From assembly GCA_965206595.1 (NCBI GenBank), contig OZ242214.1, positions 2,112,001 to 2,176,000 of the forward strand: 64,000 nucleotides of DNA, given 5' to 3'. The first letter of the stretch is position 1. Each line of letters begins with the position of its first letter. Under the pieces are notes generated by a model that was not told where the DNA came from, made no database searches, and saw nothing but the letters and a program-made list of their open reading frames with translations. A program made the translations under genes and the position numbers. Below are positions 49,239 through 60,465 of the stretch, in pieces. Origin of the DNA: Candidatus Latescibacterota bacterium. GTDB taxonomy: Bacteria; Latescibacterota; UBA2968; UBA8231.

Positions 49239-49757
49239 CTAATCGAAGATCTCGTCTTCCTGAAACCGGGTCCACGACTTGAAAACCGGAAAGGGGGAGG
49301 GCAAGTCGTTGCCTGGGTCGTTCAGCTTGAAGGAGATCCTCTCAGGGTCGAGGACATTCCGGATCGAGATCGAGAACCGCGAGGTTGGAATGCAATCCAC
49401 GCACTCTTCGGGAAACTGCTGCCTCGAACCGGGTTCGTCGAAGTGGATGTTGATAACGGAACTCCCTTCCTGTTCAATGCGGTAATCCTCCGCGGTTACT
49501 TCCCACTCGGAGACCGCCCGGTTCCCTTCGGAATACTGCGCCCAGAGGGTGATTCCATCGAAGAAATCGAGAACGACTCCTTTTCTTCGGTCCGCGTCCC
49601 TGGAAGGATCGAACTGCCGGAAGGAGCGATCCTCCAGCTCGGTCTTGATCCTCTCTTCTTCCGTTCCGCTGACTGGTTGCGCCGGATCCTCCTTGCCGCA
49701 CGAAGTAGCGAAGAGGAGAACGGAGGCGAAGGCGAGGGGCTTCCCCCATCGCCGCAT
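49239..49757 (-). CDS. Putative lipoprotein
   Basis: MRRWGKPLAFASVLLFATS-C lipobox-like signal. Confidence 0.65.
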   Translation of the reverse strand: MRRWGKPLAFASVLLFATSCGKEDPAQPVSGTEEERIKTELEDRSFRQFDPSRDADRRKGVVLDFFDGITLWAQYSEGNRAVSEWEVTAEDYRIEQEGSSVINIHFDEPGSRQQFPEECVDCIPTSRFSISIRNVLDPERISFKLNDPGNDLPSPFPVFKSWTRFQEDEIFD

Positions 49758-50125
49758 TCTCGCATTTCCCAACAGGAGGGGTTCATTGTTGAACTGTTGC
49801 ATCACCTTGGATTTCACTCGGAACCTCCTATTCAAACGCCTGATCTGTGGACCCGGCGGGGAACTGCGTTCCGGAAGGTCGCGAAACCTGTGTGGCCCAC
49901 CGACGAATTGGTTTGGCGAACGTCCCGATATCCGCGCGGGCGGAAACCGGGAATCGGCTGGGCGGAACCGTGGCAAGTGCGCCGTACCGGCTGTTTCCGG
50001 CCATCGCGCATCCCATCCGGACTGCGACCGGTTCCTGTTCGACTCGCCCGACCTGCCCCCTGTTCTGAGGACTTCCAAAGCACCTGACAAACAAACCGAC
50101 CTCTCGCTGCGGCCGCGCTTGTTTT

Positions 50126-51490
50126 TCACACGTACCCGAAAAGCGGCGGGAAGAGAACGGCGACGATCCCTGCCCAGACCGCATACACCGGCAGGTAGGC
50201 GGTCTGCCAGCGCTCCAGGGCGGAGAAAGAGCCGCGACCGCGCAGGAAGCGCACGTACAACCAGGCCGACCAGGCGAGGTTGACGAGCAGGATGAGGTTC
50301 TCCCCGAGGGCGGCCACCTTGTTGGCGCTGAACCCGAACTCGGAGATGCGCGCCGAGACCGCGGCCAGGGCGGCGGCGTCCGCGGCGAGGGCGGCGATCA
50401 GGAGCAGGAGCTGAAGCAGATCGAAGAGGCCGGGAGGCGCCCCGGGGTCGCGCGCGGAGACCGCGTACAGCAGCAGCCCGAGTACGAGCACCAGCAGCAG
50501 GTCGAAGCCGATCAGCACTTCCCTCTCCATCCCGACCCCACTGCCCGTCCACACCATGGCCCCGAGGAAAGCGAGCAGAACCGCGGCGAACAGCGGCGTG
50601 AAAAGGCGCGTCAGCATGGGGGCGATGTTCCCGGCGACCGTCTGCCTGACCTCAGCCAGCCAGGCGGCCACGAGGACGGCCCCCATGGCCCCGCAGGGCA
50701 GCAGCAAGGGTCCAAGCGACTCGATGTCGAGACCGATGCCGGCGAACATCATCCCCGTGACCCCCGTCAGCACGCCGCCTCCGAGGGCGATGAGCACGTA
50801 GTAGATGAACATCTCCCCGGAGAAACGCACGAACTCCATGCGCCGGCCCGAGGAGCCCCAGCGGCCCCCGGTGTGGGCGACGCCGACCGCCAGCCATAGC
50901 GCTATCGGCAGGTGCAGCGCGGTGAGCACCTCGGTGGCGCCCTCCGGCGAGAAGGGGTAGATGTTGGCGAACAGGGCGGCCGCGGCGAACGGCAGGGCCA
51001 GCCGCAGGCAGTGGGCCCTGCCGAGCCGGCGCTTCCAGGCGAAGTACCCGGTCAGGAGGATCAGCGCCAAAAGGCCGAGGTTGCGGGCGTAGAAGCTGCC
51101 GCAGTCCCCGAACATCGAGCAGCCGAACAGCTCGGGTACCTTCATTGCCACGGCGCCCGCGACGGCCAGCCCGAGGACGACCGCGGTCTCCCCGGGAACG
51201 GTCCGGGTCGCAGCCGCGACGGGGCCGGCGACGAGTTGCTTCCACAGGCCGGCGGCATCCGCCGGGGCGAACCTGCCCGACTGCGGGTCGACGCTGCCGG
51301 TCCGCTTGACCGCCACCAGGAATGCTTCGTCCGAGTCGAGGCCGGCCTCCTCGAGGGCAGCCGCTTCCTCGCGCAGGCGGCTCTCCCGCTGCTCCAGCTC
51401 GGAGTCGGGAATGCCGCCGCGGCGCACCAGGGCGCGCCATTCGGAGACCCGCGCTTCGATACCGTCTCCGCTCTCTTTCCCCGTCCCCAT
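50126..51490 (-). CDS. Permease-prefix-domain / DUF4153-like membrane protein
   Basis: GLDSDEAFLVAVKR, many TM segments, RISEFGFSANKVAALGENL. Confidence 0.78.
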   Translation of the reverse strand: MGTGKESGDGIEARVSEWRALVRRGGIPDSELEQRESRLREEAAALEEAGLDSDEAFLVAVKRTGSVDPQSGRFAPADAAGLWKQLVAGPVAAATRTVPGETAVVLGLAVAGAVAMKVPELFGCSMFGDCGSFYARNLGLLALILLTGYFAWKRRLGRAHCLRLALPFAAAALFANIYPFSPEGATEVLTALHLPIALWLAVGVAHTGGRWGSSGRRMEFVRFSGEMFIYYVLIALGGGVLTGVTGMMFAGIGLDIESLGPLLLPCGAMGAVLVAAWLAEVRQTVAGNIAPMLTRLFTPLFAAVLLAFLGAMVWTGSGVGMEREVLIGFDLLLVLVLGLLLYAVSARDPGAPPGLFDLLQLLLLIAALAADAAALAAVSARISEFGFSANKVAALGENLILLVNLAWSAWLYVRFLRGRGSFSALERWQTAYLPVYAVWAGIVAVLFPPLFGYV

Positions 51491-51900
51491 CAGTCAGTCC
51501 AGATCAGGCTTGGCGGACATGTCTCTGATCCCCCGTACGGCTCCCCATCGGGTGCGGTACGGTCCGGGAACCTTGGTGGCGTAGATGATGTACTGGATGA
51601 TGGCGCCCAGCTCGCGGGCACGGGGTCTTCGTTCAATCGCCGGATCGGTGTCGTCTTGTCCATGCCGTGTCGCCTTGTCCATGCCGTGTCTCCTTCGTCG
51701 ATGGCGGCAATCCTTCCTAAGACGGGGATTGCGCGGGAACGTTCCCCGATGCACGGCCGCCAGGGAAACCCCGAGCCACCTCCCGCATCGGGGTGGGCTT
51801 CTCCCCCCTCGACAGCTTACATAATCGTTTCCTATCGTCCCGGAACAATACAGGAATATCGCGCTGCCCGACTCCGGGCAGCCAACCCGCGAGCGCACCC

Positions 51901-53145
51901 ATGACTGCTGAAAACCGGATAGAACGGATGGAAGCGCGGATCCGGGAGGCAGGCGAGCTGGCTGCCGCCTTCGCCCGCGATCCGCACCGGCCGGCCTGGC
52001 ACTTCACACCTCCGGCCGCCTGGATGAACGACATCAACGGCGCCCTCTACTGGAAGGGGCGCTACCACATCTTCTACCAGCTCAACCCGGAGGGGGCCTA
52101 CTGGAACCGCATCCAGTGGGGGCACGCCTCGAGCGCCGACCTCGTGCACTGGGTCCACCATCCGGTAGCGCTGACGCCGGAAGCGGAGGGACCGGACCGC
52201 ATCGGCTGCTTCAGCGGCGGCGCCCTGGTCGACAAGGAAGGAGTTCCGACGCTGATCTACTACGGCAATCCCGGCGGCGTCTGCCTCGCCCGCAGCAGCG
52301 ACGACCTGCTGCTCGAGTGGACGAAAGACCCGGGCAATCCCGTGATCCCCCAGCCGGAAGAAGGGAGCGCGGACTTCGGCCGCTACACCATCCACGACCC
52401 CTGCGGCTGGTTGGAGGGCGGCCTCTACTACGCCGCGGTCAACAGGCGTGACCCTCAAGGCCAGGGGGACGGGGCCTACCTGTTCAGATCGCCGGACCTG
52501 CGGAACTGGGAGTACGCCGGCCTGTTCTACCAGTCGCGCCGGGAGTGGACGGAGGGAGGCGAGGACTACGCCGTGCCCGACTTCTTCCCGCTCGGCGGCC
52601 GGCACATGCTGCTCTTCTGCAGCCACCTGCAGGGAACCCAGTACTACATCGGCGAAGTCCGGGAGGAACGGTTTTACCCCGACGTTCACGGGCGCATGAG
52701 CTGGGAAGGGGGCCATCTCGGCGGCCCAAGGACCCTGCTGGACGCAAAAAGCCGGCGCGTCTTCTTCGACTGGATCCGCGAGCTGCGCGGCGTCGAGCGC
52801 GAGCGCGCCTCCGGATGGTCGGGGGTCATGACCGCGCCGCGCCTGTTGTCGCTGGATTCGGACGGTCACCTGCAGATCGAACCTGTGCCGGAGCTTGAGG
52901 TATTGCGGCTAGATCAGGTCCGGCACGAATCCATTGACGTGCCCGCCGATTCCGAGGTGGCGGTGGTGGGGGTCAGCGGCGACTGCCTGGAGCTGGCGGT
53001 CGAGATAGATCCCCTCAAAGCGAAGGAGGTGGGACTGAAGGTGCGGCGCTCCCCGGGAGGCGAGGAGGAGACCGCGGATGTGATACCCTTTGGCGTGAGG
53101 CCATTTGTCCCGGGCGAAAGCACTCCTGCACCGGCGCAGACCTGA
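51901..53145 (+). CDS. GH32 glycoside hydrolase, C-terminally truncated
   Basis: HRPAWHF..WMNDING, YHIFYQ, WGHA.S.DLVHW, FSG, HDP; beta-sandwich cut after GGEEET. Confidence 0.82.
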   Translation: MTAENRIERMEARIREAGELAAAFARDPHRPAWHFTPPAAWMNDINGALYWKGRYHIFYQLNPEGAYWNRIQWGHASSADLVHWVHHPVALTPEAEGPDRIGCFSGGALVDKEGVPTLIYYGNPGGVCLARSSDDLLLEWTKDPGNPVIPQPEEGSADFGRYTIHDPCGWLEGGLYYAAVNRRDPQGQGDGAYLFRSPDLRNWEYAGLFYQSRREWTEGGEDYAVPDFFPLGGRHMLLFCSHLQGTQYYIGEVREERFYPDVHGRMSWEGGHLGGPRTLLDAKSRRVFFDWIRELRGVERERASGWSGVMTAPRLLSLDSDGHLQIEPVPELEVLRLDQVRHESIDVPADSEVAVVGVSGDCLELAVEIDPLKAKEVGLKVRRSPGGEEETADVIPFGVRPFVPGESTPAPAQT

Positions 53146-53250
53146 CTTTCCTTGCCGTAGGCAGGGCCACCTGGTTCGGCGGAGACCCCGGCTCCAAGGG
53201 GCCCTCGGCCTGATCCCGCAGGACAACCAGATTACTTCAGGACAAACGGA

Positions 53251-56200
53251 TTACTTGAGATAGAGCAGCCGCTGCGTCTGCACCCCGCCGGGGTACTGCA
53301 GCCGCGACAGGTAGACCCCCGCCGCCACCGGGGCGCCTCCCTGGTCGCGGGCGTCCCAGGAGACCTGGTGCCTGCCGGGAGCAGGGACCTCGTCCACCAA
53401 GGTGCGCACCCGCTGCCCCAGGGTGTTGTAGATCTCCAGCCGCACCGGGCCCGAAGTGAGGATGAACCAGGAAAAGACAGTCCGGCCGTTGAACGGGTTG
53501 GGCGCGTTCTGCAGCTGCGGGCCGTCGGGCAGGCCGATCATCTCCCGGGCCAGCGCCAGCAGCTTGCCCCGCGCCGGCTGGCCGAAGTGGTCGGCCAGGA
53601 GGAAGAAGTCGCCGAAGTCGACGCTGCCGCTGCCGTCGAGGTCGAAGCGAGGGTCGCTGCCGCCGAAGGCGTCCGCAAACAGGAAGAAGTCGCCGAACCC
53701 GACGGCCCCGTCCCCGTCGAAATCCGCTTCCGATGGATCCAGATCGACAGGTTGACAGACTGGCAGGTCGTCTGCCCACTTGCTCAACGCCTCCGGTACG
53801 CAGGTGAACTGGTTGTCGTCGAGGTCGACCGATTCAAGTTGGGTGAGTTGGCCAAGGGCGGATGGAATTGGGCCTGTCAACTGGTTGCCGTAGAGGTATA
53901 AAAACCTCAGTTGGGTCAGTTGCCCCAGCTCCGGAGGAATAGGACCCGCCAGCTCATTTAAGCCAAGGTCAAGCTCTTTTAAGCTGAGTCAGTTGACTCA
54001 ACTCCGGGGGAATAGGACCTGTCAACCGGTTTAAGCTGAGGTATAAAAACCTCAGTTGGGTCAGTCGCCCCAGCTCCGGAGGAATGGGACCCGTCAGCTC
54101 ATTTTCGCTGAGATCGAGCTCTCTGAGCTGGGTCAGTTGACCCAACTCGGGAGGAATGGGACCCGTCAACGATTCTAACATAAGGACAACGCTTTCCAGC
54201 CCTGTCAGCCGGTTCAGAAGAGACAAGGATGACTCCCTCGTAACAACCCCGTTTTCAAGACAGAGGTTTTTTTCTTGAAACTTTAGTTTCACCAACATGA
54301 AAAAGAATCGGGAATGCGCCGCTATGTAAGCAGCTTCAGCGCCATATCGTCCGATGGCCTCGAATCGGGCTTATAAAGCCTTTTGCGGCGCCGAAAGGAA
54401 CTTCCGTTCCCTTTTTCAGCCCATCGCCGGAGCTATGGCTTCAGGTTTGGGCGTAAGCGCCCGCAGCATTCTCTTGAAATTGCAAGCCAGGGCTTTGAGG
54501 TAAACGGCCAGCTCCACGCGCCAACGCCCGCGCACGCGCAGGGCGCCCAGCCCGTGTCTTCGTTTCAGTTCCGAGACCGTGGCCTCGATGCCGGCGCGAA
54601 TGCGATAGCGCTCCCGGAAGGCGCCGCTGGCCATGGCGCGGCGGCGACGTTCGAGGTTGACGGCTTTCAGGTCCACGGTCACGGCGTAGCCGTCCCCGTC
54701 CTGGTTCGGCCGCACCGGGCAGAGGGGAAACAGGGCGCAGGTCTGGCAGCTTCGGCGCTCGAAGGTCAGCACCACGTGGTGCTTCTTCTTCTCATACGAC
54801 GTTTGCTCGCGGGCCAGGTGTCCGGCCGGGCAGATGGCCGGATCCCGGAGACGGGCCTCGACGAGGAAGTCGGCCTCGGTCACCGTATCGGGCCGCTCCT
54901 CGACGTCGACCTGGGGGCCTTTGACCGGGCTGACCAACTCGGTGCCGAGGCGTTCGGCGTGGATGGCATGGTCGCCGGAGCCGAAGGCGGTGTCGGCGAC
55001 CAGCTCGTCGGGTCGCTGCCCGCGCTCTTCGAGGGCCTCCAGCACCGGCATCGTCGCGTGCTCGTCACTGGCGCAGGCATCGGTCACCGCTACGTGGGTG
55101 ATCATGTTCACGGTGTCGGTCTGGTCGTCGTCGGTCTGGTCGTCGTCAGTCTCGACGCAGGTCTCGGCGATCTGCACCTCATACCCCTTTGCCCTTGCGG
55201 CCGTGGTAGGTGGCCTCGGCATCATAGGGGCTTTGCAGCGAGTCGCTGCCGACGTGCTCCGGCGCCTTCAGCGCCACCGGCACGCCGCCTTCGCCGGCGT
55301 CGTCGTCCTCGGTCGAGGGGCGCTGCTTGTCCGCGACCACGTCGCACTGCTCCCACAGCAGGCGCTGCAGCAGCGCCCAGGACTCCAGGCCCTCGGCCGC
55401 CGTGCCCGCACACAGCTGATGGAGACGGTAGAGGTCGCGGGCGCACACCGGCAGCCGCCTCTTGCCCGTGCCGGAGGGCGCGTCCTGGTAGGATGTGGCG
55501 CTGCCGTCCTCCTTCAGGTAGCGCTCGCGCAGGCGCTTCGACACCCGCCCGTACAGGCGCGGATGCTCCGCCGCCAGGGTTTTCAGAAAGTGACGGAGGG
55601 TCTCACACAACAGCCCCAGACGCGACAACACCGCGATGTTGCTGAGCACGTGGGTGGAGTCCAGGCGTTGCCGGGTGACCTTCGTACCCAACGCTTGCAG
55701 AATGCCATCCGTAGTCGCCTCGAACGCCTGCCGGCCGCGGTCATGGGCCAGCAAGCGGGCGCGGAAGTTGTGCAGCGTCAGGACGTTGTTAGTCCTCGTC
55801 TTCTGTGCCAGGTGGGCCTCCTCCGGGGTCAGCTCCAGGGCGTGCTGCCACAACAGGCTGAACTCCAGCTGCTCCAGCGCCTCGGCGTCGGTCAGAGCGA
55901 ACATCTCCTTGAGCAGAAGCACGCCCAAGACCGTCGCCACCGGCTGGTTGGGACGACCGTTGTCGTCGCAATACAAGGGCGCGAACTGTTCTTCGTCGAT
56001 CAGCGGCAAGGCGTGCGCGCGAAAGGTCTCGGCCCAGCTCGCCTGCAGGCGCCGCTGCTTGGCCGCAGGCACCAGGTTGCGACTCTCGAACAGGGTGCGT
56101 TGCGAATCCTTCGTACGAAACATCAGCCCCATCCAGTAAAGAGGAAGTGTGTGACGGATTGGTATAACCCAATATACCAAGAATCCCTGATTATCGGGGC

Positions 56201-58487
56201 TGTGAGAGGGGGGTTTTTACGAGAGAATCAAGGATGGGCCTGAGAGGGAAGGAAATGGCCATCCTGATACCCACTCCCCAAACCTGATACCTCTCACCCG
56301 TGAGTCGCGGACCTCCACCCCGGGCCAATAATCAATGAGTGTGGCCGCGTTCCACCCCGGATTCCCGTGCCCTGGATCCCATGAGTCTCGTGAGGCCAGG
56401 ATGGCACGACAGTCTTCCAGCAGGTCGCGATTGATTCTCGGATACGGCACGGCAGTGCCGTTGGAGCAGGGATCCGGGTTGGGCTCCCCCAGACGCTCGA
56501 TAGCCACCACTTTCACCCCACCTCCCAGAGTAAGCTCCAGGATCTGGCGCTGACCGTCCTCGAGGAAAATATCTTCCCACGTGCCCACGAGGGCTCCCTT
56601 TTCATTGCGAGCCCGGGCCTGGTAGAGGCCGCTCACTCCAGCGGGGTCTCTGATGGAGATGTCCAGCGCAAGACGGCCGGCCTCATCAGTAACAGCTCTC
56701 CATGCATAATCTGCCTGGACTCTCGAACCTGTGGGAACGAACTCGATGGTCAAGCTCCCGACCTCGTCGCCTTCCACCGTAGCATGCACCGCCGTACGGC
56801 TTACCCGCGCCGTATGGGTGGACGTGGCCGGTAGTGGCACGTCCAAGGCAATTCCCCCAATGCGCACCAATCCGGTGACCACCTCTTCGACGTTGGCACC
56901 GTCAAGGTCGGATCGCCAAATTTTCCCATTCCCGGCCCCCTTGTTCACCCGGTACATCTTTCCTCCAACTATGTTCAGAGCGATCCTCGAGGTGCCAATG
57001 CCGACGGCAACGAATTTCCCCCCGGACCCGTCGAGATTTGCCCGGAAAATCCCGGCGCCATTATTGCGGACATACAGATACATCATTCCCGCAACAGGGT
57101 CCAAAGCGATGTCATCTGGATCGCGCAATCCGGCGAGGAGAATTTCAACATTGGAGCCGTCCAGGTTTGACCGCTGAACCATACCCGAGTCCGAAAAACG
57201 AGAAGAGGCGCCGCGGACCGTCCAGTACACCTTCCCCCCAGGGATATCCAATGCGATACCTTCCGGATTTTCTATCCCCGTGAGGAAACTTTCGACATCG
57301 GTCCCGTCCAGATTGGCACGTCGAATTGATCGCGTCCTCTTGTCCAACCAGTACAGCATGTCGGCTGAAGTATCTACGGCAATGCTTCCGGCCCCCCCCT
57401 CCATACCCAGAGAGATTGGTTCTTCATCATGGAAGCCGTATGATATTGTGTTCGATTCCCACCTTGAGAAATAAAACCCTTCATTTTCGCTGATAGGATC
57501 CAGGGCGAAATTAATCCGTCCCTCAATTTCCTTTACTACTCCGACGTAGTTGCCATCCAGGTCGGCCCCTTTAAGGATGGTTGTAAACGAGTCCCAATTC
57601 ATCTCCGTCCAGTATATCGCGCCCCAACTCTCTTTCAGGGCGAAAGCGATTATTGATCCTGATTCGCCGGTAACGAGGGTTTCTATATTGGAACCGTCCA
57701 AATTGGCCCGGCGAATGGTGTTTGTCTCCAAATCCGCCCAGTACATACTTCGATAGACCCGGAGGCTTGCATTCTGCACAGACCTATCCAAAAGGATGCC
57801 GCCCAGATGTCCAATTCCCGTGAGAAGGGTTTCTATGTTGGACCCGCCCGGATCGGCCCGGCGAATCGTGCCTGTACCCGCTTCGGTCCAGTACAGCTTG
57901 GAGGCAGGCTCTCCCTCATAGAAAAATTCCATGTCGGCACTGTGGGCGAACCTCTCAAACCCGTCCAGGACAATGCCAGAAACAAAGTCTTCAATCCCTG
58001 CGATAAGGGTTTCTACATTGGAACCGTTCAGGTCCGCGCGTCGAATAATACTCGTTTCCCTATCCCATTCCCCCCAGTACAACTTGCCTCCAAACGGGTC
58101 AAGTGCCAGGGCAGTTATATATCCTTCCATCGTTACCGTGAGGAGAGTTTCGACGTTGCCACCTCTCAGATCCGCCCGCCGGAAGGTACGCTTTCCGGAA
58201 CTCCAGTTGTGCTCCGTCCAGTATATTTTTTCTCCCCACGCATCGACGGCGAGGAGAAATATTGGATCCATCTGAAGGTCGGTCTGAATATCGGTGGTTA
58301 GAACGCTTTCTACGTTCCCACCATCCAGATCGGCCCGCTGAATCCAGCCCAGGTCCCTCTCCTCAGTCCAGTATATCCTTTCCCCTCCGTCCTGCTGACC
58401 CTGGCAGACTCCCCGACCGCCAAGGACCACCAATAGCGCCGCTGAAATCGCTATTGCGGATTTTTTGTGTGCGATTCGGTTCTTCAT
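53251..58487 (-). pseudogene. Large secreted eukaryotic-like protein (YWTD/LDL-receptor-B propellers + LRRs + dockerin/EF-hand + FlgD-Ig), IS-interrupted and frameshifted
   Basis: Signal peptide; many (K/I)YWT..IRRA(N/D)LDGSN(V/I)E repeats; LTGPIPPELG LRRs; ADFDGDGAVGFGDFF; NAPNPFN..WDARD..GVY; in frame after IS removal, one extra A near 53978. Confidence 0.85.
54232..56228 (-). mobile_element. IS1182-like element (DUF772 + DDE), frameshifted transposase 54416-56123
   Basis: TIRs ACTCCCTCGTAACAACCCC / ATTCTCTCGTAAAAACCCC; 8-bp TSD CAAGGATG at 54224-54231 and 56229-56236; NGRP, QRLDSTH, ADTAFG, RAGIEATVSELKR. Confidence 0.9.
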
Positions 58488-58531
58488 CAGTGGCCCCCGT
58501 GGTTGCTGTAGACCGAATTGTAATTTGGCGG

Positions 58532-58906
58532 CTAACTCCGGTTCGATATCTGAAAGCGATGGCCTTCGGGGTCCCAACCATCGCACACCACCAAGTCGTC
58601 GAAGGTCTCGACCTCTTGCATCGGGGCCCCGCGGCGTACGAGCTCTTCCCGCATCGCCGCTACGTCTTCGGCGTAGAACACGAGCTTGTGTGGATTGCCC
58701 GGACCACCGGTCGGGGTGTCGATCGGACCCTCGGGTCCGTACGCCTTGTGGAACCCCAGGCGGCAGCCCCCCGCGTCGAGCTCGAGCCATACGTCGGGGG
58801 AATATTCGCTCTCGAGCGGCTCCAGATCGAAGAGGTCTCGGAAGAACCCGGCGCACTTCTCGACGTCGCCGACGAAGATGATGACTCGGTTCATCGGGGC
58901 CAGCAT
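58532..58906 (-). CDS. VOC family protein
   Basis: IIFVGDV..FFRDLF, DPEGHRFQI. Confidence 0.82.
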   Translation of the reverse strand: MLAPMNRVIIFVGDVEKCAGFFRDLFDLEPLESEYSPDVWLELDAGGCRLGFHKAYGPEGPIDTPTGGPGNPHKLVFYAEDVAAMREELVRRGAPMQEVETFDDLVVCDGWDPEGHRFQISNRS

Positions 58907-58980
58907 GATCGATTTCTCCTCACCTGACAGGTGGTTGGGCAGGGCATCCCCACATCCAATGTGCCGCGCCCGTGGAAATA

Positions 58981-59778
58981 CTACGCAACGTCCAAGACGG
59001 CCTGGATTTCAGGACGACCGTAGGTCGCTCCGCCGGTACGGACCAAGAGGTTCGGCAGGACCCTGCAGGTTCCCGACCCATGAGTATGACCGCACAGAAC
59101 CGTCAGCTTGCGGTCGGGGTTATCGCGCATCGAGGACTTCAGCACCTCGCCCACTACGCCACAGCAGAAGAAGGGCAGCCATTCCTCACCGGAGAGCCTG
59201 CCTTCGTGCCATGTGGCCTCGCGGAAGGGGGGAACGTGGGTAAGCAGGATCACCTCCTCGTGCGCGCAAAGAGCTTCCGGCAGTGTTCGACGAAGATGCT
59301 CCGCTGCCTCCTCTGCCAGGCCCTGAATCTTCTTTAGTCGGTCCGACTTTGTGCAGCCCGTAAGCTCTTCGATCAAGCGGAAGTCGTTGAGCTCGACGGA
59401 GCTCCCATAAAAGTCCCCGAGCCGTCCATCCGCCCACGAATCGTGACCGATGAGGGCAGTTCGGGGAGTCAACGAAACAGGGTGCTCCCTGTTCAGCCAG
59501 AACAGGTACGGAGAATCGCGGGTCAACGACTCGACCTCGCATCGGACGGAAGCGATCGAGCCGCCGTAGAAATCGTGATTGCCGAGCACGAAGTAAACGG
59601 GTCGCGCGAGCAGGCGCTCCATCTGTCTGAGGAAGGTGATCACGGAGTCCGCCTCTCCGATATCCCCGCCGAGCAGGACGATGTCGGGGGATGCCTCGGC
59701 GACCCTGCTCAGAAACCGCGTTCTCAGGTGCCGGTCGAGGAAGTTGAGATGGATGTCAGTGAGCCAGGCCGCTCGCAT
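58981..59778 (-). CDS. Calcineurin-like metallophosphoesterase
   Basis: TDIH, GGD, GNHD, THVPP, GHTH. Confidence 0.9.
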   Translation of the reverse strand: MRAAWLTDIHLNFLDRHLRTRFLSRVAEASPDIVLLGGDIGEADSVITFLRQMERLLARPVYFVLGNHDFYGGSIASVRCEVESLTRDSPYLFWLNREHPVSLTPRTALIGHDSWADGRLGDFYGSSVELNDFRLIEELTGCTKSDRLKKIQGLAEEAAEHLRRTLPEALCAHEEVILLTHVPPFREATWHEGRLSGEEWLPFFCCGVVGEVLKSSMRDNPDRKLTVLCGHTHGSGTCRVLPNLLVRTGGATYGRPEIQAVLDVA

Positions 59779-60116
59779 CTCGCTGCGCCAGTGCGGGGTC
59801 GCAATCGAACCAACAGGTCTCCGCTATCGTACGGGAATCGATCAGCAAAAGATTCCTTTCATGGGTGTATCCTCTGACCCTCTTGAGTTATCTGGAGGTA
59901 TGGTCACTCCCGAGGTAACGCTCTCTTTATTCCTCTTGGCGGCGGTGACGACGCCGCGAACTGCTGCCTTTACTTACGGCTATCCGGCAATGGAAATGCG
60001 ACAGGAGAATTTCCGATGAGACTGGCAGTGGCATTCTGGAACGGGATCGACCCGGCGCAAGTGGACCGCACTCTCGAGCGCCTCGAGGGGATCGGGGTCG
60101 GGGGGATCGGCCATAC

Positions 60117-60220
60117 GGGTCGACTGGGACGCCCGCGATCAGCGCGGCGCGACCGTGGCCGCAGGGGTGTTTCTGGCGCGCCTGCGCTATCCGGGGGGCG
60201 TGCAGACGCGGCGCCTCGCG
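60117..60220 (+). pseudogene. Remnant of an FlgD-Ig C-terminal sorting domain
   Basis: VDWDARDQRGATVAAGVFLARLRYPGGVQTRRL, very similar to the 53251-53370 tail. Confidence 0.7.
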
Positions 60221-60465
60221 GCTCCCCCACTACCCGGTTCGGCTCGATGCGCCACAGCCATAGTGCCTACGTTGCTCAATTCACATCGGACCCTCACCGA
60301 AGGTTTTGTCGAGGCCCCGGGACAGACCCTGTCGCCACCAGCGCCGGCGGGGACCGGCCTCCCGGTTTCGTTGACGGAAGCAGGGGTGGCTCCGAGATTC
60401 CAGAAGCACGCGACGAAGAAAAAAACCGGCTACCCGGAATAGGCCACAGCGGCCTGGAGACCGTG

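Noticed and set aside
51500-51900. GC-rich hairpin-bearing intergenic region as a riboswitch or tRNA
   Set aside because: No recognisable Rfam core motif or cloverleaf by eye; no tRNA or rRNA recognised anywhere in the window
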